From NCBI GenBank assembly GCA_041946805.1, contig JBHGBC010000110.1, forward strand, positions 1 to 19,868: a stretch of DNA of 19,868 nucleotides, written 5' to 3'. A model generated the notes under the pieces. It was given only the letters and a program-made list of their open reading frames with translations, made no database searches and was not told the DNA's origin. This document shows positions 8,176 to 16,464 of this stretch, in pieces. The position numbers and the translations under genes were made by a program. Each line of letters begins with the position of its first letter. Positions within the stretch are counted from its first letter, which is position 1. The DNA is from a bacterium. Its GTDB lineage: Bacteria; Hinthialibacterota; Hinthialibacteria; Hinthialibacterales; Hinthialibacteraceae.

Positions 8176-9489
8176 TCAAATCACCGTCCCGGCGGGGATC
8201 ACCGCGCTGCGGGGGATGACCACGATCCCGTCGCGGATGCAATAGTTGGGGCCGTCCGCTTCCTTGATGTTGGCTTCGTTCAGGATCCGCACGTCCGCCC
8301 CGATGCGCACGTTCTTGTCCACGATGGCGTTCTTGATGATGGTCCGCGGCCCGATGCCCAGGGGCGGGGCGCCCGGCTCGACGTCCTCCGCCTCGGGGGA
8401 ATCGTAAAAATCGGCCCCCATGATGATGGTGCGGTACACCTGCGCGTTCTCGCAGATGCTGCTGCGCAGCCCCACGATGGAATCCTCGATCCAGGCCGCC
8501 GAGATGATCGCCCCGTCGCAGATCAGGGAGGACCGGATGGTGGCCTGGTTCACCTTGGAGCCGGGCAGAAAGCGGGGGCGGGAATAGATCTTGCGGCTGC
8601 CGTCATAGAAGTTGAACTGGGGCACGGGCTTGGTCAGCGCCAGGTTGGCCTCGTAAAACGACTTGATCGTCCCGATGTCTTCCCAATAGCCGTCGAAGAA
8701 ATGGGCGAACACCCGCTTGTTCCCCACCATGCCGGGGATGATGTCGTGCCCGAAATCGGGGCTGGGATTCTCCCGCAGGGCGTCGAACAACGCCTGGGTC
8801 CGGAAGACGTAGATGCCCATCGAGGCCACATATTCGCGGTGGCCCGGGTTGATCCCGAAATCCTCGAACAGCTTGGGCGGCACCTTCAGGCGGTCCAGCT
8901 CGTCCGGCCGCGTGGGTTTTTCCACGAACGAGACGATCCCCCCCTCCTCGTTGGTCTGCAGGATCCCGAAATCGGCGCAGCGGTCCCGCGCCACGGGAAT
9001 CACGGAGATGGTCACGTCCGCGTTCTTGGCCGCGTGGGTGCGCAGCAGGTCGCGGTAATCCATCTGGTAGAGATGGTCGCCGGACAGGATCAGGACATAA
9101 TCCGGCCGCCGGTGGATGAAACGGCGCAGGGACTGCCGCACGGCGTCGGCGGTCCCTTGGTACCAGTCCATGGTGTCCGGCGTCTGCTGGGCGGCCAGGA
9201 TCTGGATGAAACCCGTGGAGAACGAATCGAAACGGTAAGTCTGGGAAATATGCCGGTGCAGCGAATCGGAATTGAACTGGGTCAACAGGTAGATCCGGTC
9301 CAGGTTGGAATGGAGGCAATTGCTCAGGGTCAGATCGATCAGACGGAATTTGCCCGCCACCGGCACGGCCGGCTTGGAGCGGGACTTGGTCAACGGATAG
9401 AGCCGCTTGCCTTGGCCGCCTCCCAGGATCAACACCTCGGTCCGGTCCGTCAGGCGGTCGATATCGGATGAACGTTTAAGAAACACCAT
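8176..9489 (-). CDS. glgC: Glucose-1-phosphate adenylyltransferase (ADP-glucose pyrophosphorylase)
   Basis: Motifs ILGGGQGKRLYPLTKSRSKPAVP, TQFNS, WYQGTADAVR, LSGDHLY, FVEKP, ASMGIYVF and YWEDIGT, plus a C-terminal beta-helix. AAGGAGG RBS upstream. Confidence 0.97.
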   Translation of the reverse strand: MVFLKRSSDIDRLTDRTEVLILGGGQGKRLYPLTKSRSKPAVPVAGKFRLIDLTLSNCLHSNLDRIYLLTQFNSDSLHRHISQTYRFDSFSTGFIQILAAQQTPDTMDWYQGTADAVRQSLRRFIHRRPDYVLILSGDHLYQMDYRDLLRTHAAKNADVTISVIPVARDRCADFGILQTNEEGGIVSFVEKPTRPDELDRLKVPPKLFEDFGINPGHREYVASMGIYVFRTQALFDALRENPSPDFGHDIIPGMVGNKRVFAHFFDGYWEDIGTIKSFYEANLALTKPVPQFNFYDGSRKIYSRPRFLPGSKVNQATIRSSLICDGAIISAAWIEDSIVGLRSSICENAQVYRTIIMGADFYDSPEAEDVEPGAPPLGIGPRTIIKNAIVDKNVRIGADVRILNEANIKEADGPNYCIRDGIVVIPRSAVIPAGTVI

Positions 9490-9636
9490 GGATAACCCAG
9501 CCTCCTTGCCATTCCCTCCGCGCCGCGGATCGGGACACCGGCGTATCTCCCCCCCCGGCCATCGCGCGGGGAACGCATTCGTCCTCCACGCGGTGGCATG
9601 TGCGTATTGTATATCATATCCGCCGGCGCTTGGGAA

Positions 9637-10470
9637 TCATGGGAGGGGGGACGGCGGGGATAAAGTATCCTCGACATGCGCCAGAATTTGCTTCTCCATC
9701 TCTGGATCGGGCAGCATGGCGTCCCCGGGATCGATGACCTGGTCTTCCATCTCCGCCAAGCGGATGGCGGCGGGGATGATTTTGTTCTGGACCACCCCCA
9801 CGGCGACCAGCGCGGGCACCACCACCAGCGGCCGCGCCTTATCCCGCATGGCCTTGAGCGATTCGGCCAGGGAGACCGGGGAGAAGTCCACTCCGAAACC
9901 CGCGTAAGCGTACCCGGTCACCGTCCGGGGAAGCCGCCGTTCCAGCAGCGCCTGTACCTCCCCCGCCAGCGCTTCCCACTCGGCCATGAAGTTCCGCGAG
10001 CCGTAATACACCACCATCAGCCCCGCCCCCTCCATATTCAGACGCATCCGCCGGATCCGGCGCTCGAGATTTCCGGCGATCAATCCCGCCAGGGGCGGGG
10101 GATCGAGCAGCAGCACGCGGCGGGCGGTGTCCCCGTATACCGCCAGGCCCTCACGGCGATGAGCGAAAGGAAGAAATTGGCCGATTTCTTGGGGGATGTC
10201 ACGCGCCACATGCCGCCCGGCGGATAGAAAGAGAGGCAAAACCGCCAGCTCCCGCCCGTCGTTGCGAAAGTGTTCGTTCAGGGTGGTGGGGATGTCCGGC
10301 GGCTCGTGTTCGAGGAAACACCACTGCACTTTCTCAATTCCCGCGGGCCACGGCCGCGTGTCGCGCAGGCGGGAGCAGAACTCCACTACCGCCCGGTTCC
10401 ACTCCGCCGACTGGCTTCCGTGGGCGATCACCAACAACACCCGGCCGGGAAGTTTGGTTTTCACGTCCAT
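9637..10470 (-). CDS. CbiX/SirB-family sirohydrochlorin chelatase-like protein
   Basis: LLVIAHGS, CFLEH and LPLFLSAGRHVARDIP in the N-domain, with a degenerate second repeat (VVYYGSR, VVPALVAVG). Start taken as ATG 10470, 26 nt after the upstream stop. Confidence 0.75.
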   Translation of the reverse strand: MDVKTKLPGRVLLVIAHGSQSAEWNRAVVEFCSRLRDTRPWPAGIEKVQWCFLEHEPPDIPTTLNEHFRNDGRELAVLPLFLSAGRHVARDIPQEIGQFLPFAHRREGLAVYGDTARRVLLLDPPPLAGLIAGNLERRIRRMRLNMEGAGLMVVYYGSRNFMAEWEALAGEVQALLERRLPRTVTGYAYAGFGVDFSPVSLAESLKAMRDKARPLVVVPALVAVGVVQNKIIPAAIRLAEMEDQVIDPGDAMLPDPEMEKQILAHVEDTLSPPSPLP

Positions 10471-10496
10471 GGGCTTGATTCCCGGATGGGGAATGA

Positions 10497-11849
10497 TTAT
10501 TCCCCGCCGCGGACCGCCCGGCGGATCAAAAATCCCAATCCGGCCAGCGCGCCGCCCCATAGAATGAGGAGCGTCTCAAACACGAAGGCCGGCGCGAATT
10601 GATACAAACCGATCCACCCGTAATCCCAATCCCATAGGGGAATGTAAGGCAAAAACCGGTAATGATTCACGATCGGATTCCACAGCGGATTCCAAATCAT
10701 TTCCATCTCGGTCACTCCCTGGTTCATCAGAGTGAGGATGATGTTGTTGAAATCGGTATAGCCGCCCAGGAACTGAATGAACAATCCCGCCGCGGCCAGG
10801 ATCACCAGGAGAAGCTTAAATTCCCGCGAATCGCTGTCCACGGCCGCCGCCAGGGGAATCACCGCCAAGGGCAGCAAGGGAACCAAATGCCGCGGCCCCC
10901 AGGCCCAGCCGCCCCACCAGTACTCCCAAAAACTGTATACCGCCAGGAGCGCCGCCAGCGTCCCCAGCCACATCCAGGACACGGCGGGATGCCGTTGCCA
11001 AAACGGCCGGACCGCCACGGGCAGAAGCAGCAACACGGGATTGTAAAACCAGATGTTTTTTCCCGGTGAAAGGAAGAAGCCTTGCAGCGCGGGAAGGGGA
11101 TTCCACTGGAAATTCCATTCATATCCGCCGGAAATATCGCTTCCCCAATAGATCCGGTTATAGAGCAGCACCCAGCCGATCCCCAACGCCACGGGTACTC
11201 CAAACCCCAAGGCCAGCTTCCGGCGCGGGGCCCAGCCATCGGCGGTCAGAACGAATGCGCCGAATACCGCCGCGCCCGCCACGGCCATCTCCAGCCGCAC
11301 GGTGATCAGCAATCCCATCGCCACGCCGCAGCCCGCCAGCGGACCGATGTTTTTTTCTGAAAGATATGCCACCGCGTAATCGAAGGCCAATAACAAAAGA
11401 AAGGCGGCCAGGCATTTGTTGTAATCATAGCGCGCGTAGGCGAACGCCAGCGTGGAGAGTCCATACGCCAACGATACGAACACCCGCGCCCCCGGCGAAT
11501 ATCCCAGCCGCCCCAGTACTCCGGCGAGCAATCCCACGGTCAGGCCGGTGAGCACCGTGTTCATCCAACACAGGCTTTTGCGGGGAATCCAGTCCGGCTC
11601 GGGCGAGGGAAGCCAGGCGTCCAGCTCCTGACCCAAAGCGTAAAAGGGAATATACGCCAGCGAGTACACGTAGCCTTGCTTGACCTTCTCGGGGGGGAGC
11701 CAATCGCCGGTTTCGACGATCATCCGAGTCAGTTGGAACGAAGGCGTGGCGTCCACCGTGTACCCGTTTTTCCGCCCCATGAGCGGAGTCATGAACAGGA
11801 TATAAAACAAGGCCAGCAACACGGGCAGCGAATGAGGAAAGCGGCACAT
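10497..11849 (-). CDS. Polytopic membrane protein, probable GT-C (ArnT/PMT-like) glycosyltransferase
   Basis: Roughly 10-12 hydrophobic segments, an acidic residue in the loop after TM1 (YTVDAT) and a WWGGWAWGPRHLVP motif. Start is uncertain (11849, 11870 or 11879). Confidence 0.6.
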   Translation of the reverse strand: MCRFPHSLPVLLALFYILFMTPLMGRKNGYTVDATPSFQLTRMIVETGDWLPPEKVKQGYVYSLAYIPFYALGQELDAWLPSPEPDWIPRKSLCWMNTVLTGLTVGLLAGVLGRLGYSPGARVFVSLAYGLSTLAFAYARYDYNKCLAAFLLLLAFDYAVAYLSEKNIGPLAGCGVAMGLLITVRLEMAVAGAAVFGAFVLTADGWAPRRKLALGFGVPVALGIGWVLLYNRIYWGSDISGGYEWNFQWNPLPALQGFFLSPGKNIWFYNPVLLLLPVAVRPFWQRHPAVSWMWLGTLAALLAVYSFWEYWWGGWAWGPRHLVPLLPLAVIPLAAAVDSDSREFKLLLVILAAAGLFIQFLGGYTDFNNIILTLMNQGVTEMEMIWNPLWNPIVNHYRFLPYIPLWDWDYGWIGLYQFAPAFVFETLLILWGGALAGLGFLIRRAVRGGE

Positions 11850-11893
11850 ATGACAGTTGACGGATTGCATGCGATTCATTGCCTTCAGTTTTC

Positions 11894-11942
11894 CCCAGGG
11901 CTTCAGCCCTGGGAGGCTGTAAAGCCGTCCCCTGGAGGGGAC
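11894..11942. repeat. Two adjacent REP-like hairpins (CCCAGGGC-TTCA-GCCCTGGG; GTCCCC-TGGA-GGGGAC)
   Basis: Perfect 8-bp (11894-11913) and 6-bp (11927-11942) stems with 4-nt loops, in a short spacer between co-oriented genes. Confidence 0.7.
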
Positions 11943-11962
11943 TCCAAATTATTTCCCGTGTC

Positions 11963-13123
11963 CTATCCCCGCGCCCATTTCCCCACCCGGATGACGGGCT
12001 CGATTTGCCCCTCGGGCGAGAGAATATCCCCCACGTTCAGAATCATCCGCCCGCCGCTCTCCCGTTCGATTTGTTCCGCGAAGCCCAGAATCTCTGATTC
12101 GATCCAGTTTCCCATGAACAAGGATGAGGGGATGCCGCAGTAGGCATAGAGGCGGTTGCCCAGAGCTTGCCCGAGGCCGCGCACGGCGTAATTGCTCATT
12201 GGCGCGGGCGTGCAACCGTCCAACAGGTCGATGCCCGTCCCGGGAAACAGCGGCAACAGACCGCGCAGGTTGCCATCGACATGAGTGGAAACGATTTTGC
12301 CCGCCTGATGCAGAATCGCGCACGCTTCCTGGTAAATCGGGACGCAATACTTCGCGTACAGGGGCGGAGGAGTCAAATAATCGTCCGCGTGGTCGCTGAT
12401 GATGACCACGCGCGCCTCCGTCCGCGCGGCCGCCCGGATGGTATCCAAGAACGGCTCCCGCAGGCCGTCGAGAAACCGTTCCACGGCCCGGGGTTCGTCA
12501 TGCAAGGCGTAGACGCCGTTGAACAATCCCATCGCGTCGTGGATGAACGTTCCGAAGGGGGAGCGGCCCACGGGGATATCGATGATCCCGAAATCCCCCA
12601 GGGCCTCCAGGGCCTTGCGGATCCGGCCAGGTTGCACGCGGGTGCCCGTATTCCAGGCCGCCCAGAGCAGAACGTCCAGATCCCGGACGGTTTTCGCGTA
12701 ATGCTCGGTGATGCAATAACTGCCATCCGCCGCTTGCGTGCGGATCTGCCGGACTTGCCCCAGCGGCGTGGAAATCACCGCGATTTCGAGGCGGCCGTCG
12801 CGCTGGACGGTCCGGCTGTATCCATCCGGGATGCAGTCGCGCCATTCGTAGAGGTGAATCGGGCAGCCCCACCCGAAATTCCGGTAAAAATCCAACAGCG
12901 TCCAATCCCGGAACTGGTGGGGCATGTCGTGGTTTTGCCGGTGAAACGGATCTTCGTCGTAGATGATCTGCCCGGGCTCGTATTTCTGCGGCTCGCCGGG
13001 AGGAGTCCGCCGCGCCTTGTACCAGTCCGTGATGTCGGGGAAAAACAGGATCCGGCCTTCCTGCCGTCCTGCCAGCCATCGAAAGAACCGTTCCCGCAAG
13101 GAAAGGGACATGCCGCTGGACAT
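11963..13123 (-). CDS. Uroporphyrinogen decarboxylase (URO-D/MtaA-like) superfamily protein
   Basis: Features ISTPLG, ITEHYAKTVRDL, ALHDEPRAVE, LTPPPLYAKYCVPIY, STHVDGNLRGLL and MILNVGD. Start ATG 13123 lies 4 nt after the upstream stop; 13111 is an alternative. Confidence 0.7.
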   Translation of the reverse strand: MSSGMSLSLRERFFRWLAGRQEGRILFFPDITDWYKARRTPPGEPQKYEPGQIIYDEDPFHRQNHDMPHQFRDWTLLDFYRNFGWGCPIHLYEWRDCIPDGYSRTVQRDGRLEIAVISTPLGQVRQIRTQAADGSYCITEHYAKTVRDLDVLLWAAWNTGTRVQPGRIRKALEALGDFGIIDIPVGRSPFGTFIHDAMGLFNGVYALHDEPRAVERFLDGLREPFLDTIRAAARTEARVVIISDHADDYLTPPPLYAKYCVPIYQEACAILHQAGKIVSTHVDGNLRGLLPLFPGTGIDLLDGCTPAPMSNYAVRGLGQALGNRLYAYCGIPSSLFMGNWIESEILGFAEQIERESGGRMILNVGDILSPEGQIEPVIRVGKWARG

Positions 13124-13127
13124 GGAT

Positions 13128-14408
13128 TCAATCCGCCGGCACGGATTTTTCGATCGCATCGATGAAGCTGGGAACATGCACGATCCGGTTTTCCTTGCGC
13201 GCCTGTTCGGCGGCAAAGACCAGCAGGTGGCTGATGCACGATTCGCGCGCGGAGGCCTTCACTTCATCCGGACGGCCTTTGCGGACCAGGTCGATAAAAT
13301 CGTGCATCATCAACGTATCCCCGCCGCCGTGCCGGTCGTCCGGACCGCCGGTCTGAATGATTTCCCGCCGGCCGTCGAGGTAGTGATTCACCTCCAGTTC
13401 GCGTTGTTCCAGAAAACCGCGGATGGTCGCGCCGGTTTTGGAGACCCGCAGCGTCCGCACGTTGTCATGCGAGTGGCCGTGCATGTGAAATCCGATGATC
13501 ATCCCGTCCGCGTACTCGAAACTTGTGATCTGATGGTCGACGACATCGTTGCCGCACCGGTAGACGCACCGCCCGTAGGGGCCTTCCCGCAAGGCCCGCA
13601 GCCGGCCCGCGTAACTCAGGTCGTTGGCGATGGTGTTCACCGGCCAGCCTACATCATCCCCAAGATACAGGCGCAGCGCCGAGTAGGGGCAGGTGGCTTC
13701 CCTGGGACAGCCGTCGGTGCAGCGGGTGGGGATCTCCGCGCCCGCGCGGTCCGGGCGGAAATGCGTCAGACTTCCGAACGATGAAACACGCTCGGGAACC
13801 GTGCCCGTCAACCAATACAAAATGTCGATATCGTGGCAGGATTTCGAAAGCAGGCCGGGGCTGCTTTGCGATTCGTTGCTCCAGTTTCCCCGCACGAAAC
13901 TGTGCGCGTAATGCCAGAAGGCCACGTTTTCATTGTGGATAATGCTCGTGACCCGGCCGGTGGCTTCCGCCTCCATGAGTTCTTTCAGCCGGATAAAAAA
14001 GGGATTGTACCGGAGCGAATGGCCCAGTTGCAGAATCCGGCCGGTTTGATCGACTTTCCGGGCGAGACGGACGCAGGCCGCCGGATCGGTGGCCATCGGT
14101 TTCTCCAGCAGGACATGGTAACCCAGATCCAGGGCGCGCGCCGCGCTCTCAAAATGGGCGCGGTCCATCGTGGCATCGATCAGCACTTCCGCCATGGGGG
14201 GACTGTCCAGCAGGTATTCCCAGGAGAAAAAGACGTTCGCGGCCGTTATGCCGTGTTCCCGCGCGAAACGCTCCCGCCGGGCGGGATCGGGCTCCGCGAC
14301 CCCGACGATTTTCAAGTGATGCGGAAAGGCTTTCGCGTAACCCCCAAAGGTGTGATATCCCCGGGCTCCCGCTCCCAACACCACCGCTTCCACCGGACGC
14401 ATGGACAT
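13128..14408 (-). CDS. Gfo/Idh/MocA family NAD(P)-dependent oxidoreductase (cytoplasmic)
   Basis: Rossmann motif LGAGARG, LLEKP, HSFVRGNW, KSCHDID and HGGGD. GGAGG RBS 7 nt before ATG 14408. Confidence 0.92.
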   Translation of the reverse strand: MSMRPVEAVVLGAGARGYHTFGGYAKAFPHHLKIVGVAEPDPARRERFAREHGITAANVFFSWEYLLDSPPMAEVLIDATMDRAHFESAARALDLGYHVLLEKPMATDPAACVRLARKVDQTGRILQLGHSLRYNPFFIRLKELMEAEATGRVTSIIHNENVAFWHYAHSFVRGNWSNESQSSPGLLSKSCHDIDILYWLTGTVPERVSSFGSLTHFRPDRAGAEIPTRCTDGCPREATCPYSALRLYLGDDVGWPVNTIANDLSYAGRLRALREGPYGRCVYRCGNDVVDHQITSFEYADGMIIGFHMHGHSHDNVRTLRVSKTGATIRGFLEQRELEVNHYLDGRREIIQTGGPDDRHGGGDTLMMHDFIDLVRKGRPDEVKASARESCISHLLVFAAEQARKENRIVHVPSFIDAIEKSVPAD

Positions 14409-14486
14409 TGGATGGCCTCCTTGATATCAGATCGATGATTTCATGTTGGCGGATTGCCTGTGCGCGAATCCTAAAACAACTCCCGC

Positions 14487-14558
14487 TTCCCTCCCCCAAA
14501 CTTAGGGGGAGGAATGGCCTTTATTATCCTCTCCCCCGGATGAGGGCCGGGGGGAGGG
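14487..14558. repeat. Degenerate inverted pair of family-B-like REP palindromes in the divergent spacer
   Basis: CCTCCCCC-N7-GGGGGAGG at 14490-14512. Segment 14528-14558 reads CCCTCCCCCCGGCCCTCATCCGGGGGAGAGG on the minus strand, resembling 18433-18473. Confidence 0.55.
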
Positions 14559-14615
14559 AAAGCCTGCCAGGAAGGCATCGCCGGTCGAATCCCAGACAAA
14601 ACAAACCAATTTCCC

Positions 14616-14643
14616 GTAGGGGCATGTTACAACGTGCTCCAAC
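14616..14643 (+). repeat. GTAG-type REP-like hairpin
   Basis: GTAGGGGCATGTTACAACGTGCTCCAAC folds end-to-end with one mismatch and two G-T pairs, and starts with GTAG. Confidence 0.55.
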
Positions 14644-14858
14644 TTTCCTGATGGGACCACTTCTCTCTCCTCTTGCATTCCCTCCTACTCTACTCTTCCT
14701 TTCCGCGCCATTCTACGTTCCCCTTTGGACAAGCCTCGTTGACGGATCATAACACCCTGTGGGAGAATGAGCCGGTATCCATGAAGCCAGAGGGAACACA
14801 GCAACTCGGAAGATGGACAACCCCATCTGTTCGCAGGCCTTGGCAAAGGAGAATTTCA

Positions 14859-16235
14859 ATGAAGGAAGCAGAATGGAGCCCTGTATCCTCCCGAAATGCG
14901 GAGCGAGCCGGGAATGGCATCGATCGCCGGAATTTCTTGCGTTGGGGGAGCCTGGCCGCCTTGAGCGCGCCATTCCTCGTTCCCGCGCGGGCGTTGGGTA
15001 AGGAAGGGGCGGCCGCCGCCAATGAAAAAATGACGCTGGGCATAATCGGTCTGGGCGAACGCGGCAACGGCAACATGCGGCGCTTTCTGGAAATGGACGA
15101 TGTCCGGGTCATCGCGGTGTGCGACGTGGCCGAGACCCATCGCGCCAAGGCCAAGGCCTTTGTGGATGAACACTACGAGAATTCGGATTGCGCCGCCGTC
15201 AAGGATTTTGAAGAACTGATCGCCCGGCCGGACTTGGACGCGCTGGTCGTGACGGTCCCCGATCATTGGCATGTGTTGATCGGAATCGCCGCCGCCCGCG
15301 CCGGCAAGCATCTCTATTACGAAAAACCCGTCGGCGTCAGCCTGGAACAAGCCCAGGCGCTGCGCAAGGCCGTGAAGGAGAGCCAGATCGTTTTTCAATT
15401 CGGCACGCAGCAACGTTCCTCCGAACAGTTCCGGATCGCCTGCGAACTGGCCCGCAACCAGAAAATCGGCGAATTGAAGACCATCTACGTCGGTTCGCCC
15501 GCCAGCTTCCCGTTCCCCGCGCAGCCCGAGCAGCCCGTGCCCGCGGGATTCGATTACAACCGGTGGCTGGGGCCCGCTCCCCTCGCGCCGTACACCTATC
15601 ACCGCTGCCGGTCCTATAACCAAAAAGAGGGCTATGGCATTTGGTATCACATCCATGATTATTGCCTGGGATTCATCGTCAACTGGGGGATTCATCATCT
15701 CGACATCGCCCAGTGGGGCAACGGAAGCGAACTCACCGGACCCATCTCGGTGGAAGGCAGTAAGGGCGAATTCCCCAAGGAGGGATTGGCGAACAACTGC
15801 ATGAAGTGGGAACTCGAATTTAAATACGCCAACGGGGTCAAGATGATCTATTCCGATGAAAACGGCCGGTGCAAGCACGGGATCCGCTTCGAGGGGCCCA
15901 ACGGGTGGGTGCACGTCACCCGCGAGGATTTGTATTCCAATCCGGAATCGTTAATCCAATCCCCGATCGGCCCCAACGACATCCACCTGCCCCGCAGCGA
16001 TGATCATCACCGCAATTTCGTGGACGCGGTGCGCAAGGGAACCGAACCGATTTGCCCGATCGACGTGGCTGTCAGGACGGATACCGTCGCCCAACTGGCG
16101 AACATCGCGTCGTACCTGGGCCGTAAACTGCAATGGGATCCGGAGCCGGAGAAATTCATCGGCGACGAGGAAGCCAACCGCCTGCTCTCCCGCCCCATGC
16201 GCGAACCGTGGACCTTGACCGCGTTCGCGGGGTGA
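14859..16235 (+). CDS. Tat-exported Gfo/Idh/MocA family oxidoreductase
   Basis: AAGGAG RBS before ATG 14859. Twin-arginine signal DRRNFLRW plus h-region, then GIIGLGERG, VPDHWH, YYEKP, GTQQRS, WLGPAP and NWGIHHLD. Confidence 0.92.
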   Translation: MKEAEWSPVSSRNAERAGNGIDRRNFLRWGSLAALSAPFLVPARALGKEGAAAANEKMTLGIIGLGERGNGNMRRFLEMDDVRVIAVCDVAETHRAKAKAFVDEHYENSDCAAVKDFEELIARPDLDALVVTVPDHWHVLIGIAAARAGKHLYYEKPVGVSLEQAQALRKAVKESQIVFQFGTQQRSSEQFRIACELARNQKIGELKTIYVGSPASFPFPAQPEQPVPAGFDYNRWLGPAPLAPYTYHRCRSYNQKEGYGIWYHIHDYCLGFIVNWGIHHLDIAQWGNGSELTGPISVEGSKGEFPKEGLANNCMKWELEFKYANGVKMIYSDENGRCKHGIRFEGPNGWVHVTREDLYSNPESLIQSPIGPNDIHLPRSDDHHRNFVDAVRKGTEPICPIDVAVRTDTVAQLANIASYLGRKLQWDPEPEKFIGDEEANRLLSRPMREPWTLTAFAG

Positions 16236-16464
16236 ATCGGCGTGGTGGAATGGAATCGCGGGCCTGCCGGCATTATCTCCTCCGGAAGGGATGAAGAAGG
16301 TTTCTTATTTCCCATGGGGGCCGGTGGAATTTTGATCCCATGCCGTAAGCTCAGGCTGGCGGATATTCACGTGGCTCCCTTTGGAGGCTAAATACGATTC
16401 CTGAATCAGGTGGCCTGGAGCTTTAGCATCCTAATCAAAAATGCCGGAAGTGGGAGGTATTGTT

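Noticed and set aside
8095..9471. 458-aa plus-strand ORF
   Set aside because: Antisense shadow of glgC.
14673..14858. N-terminal extensions of the longest ORF calls (also 3210-3320, 4637-4711, 13124-13216, 17986-18108)
   Set aside because: Downstream ATGs have better RBS, signal-peptide or non-overlap support. The extensions are low-information or overlap other genes and repeats.
16236..16464. Intrinsic terminator or sRNA between the convergent genes
   Set aside because: Only short, weak palindromes (e.g. GATTCCTGAATC) and possible degenerate REP fragments. No clear stem plus U-tract.
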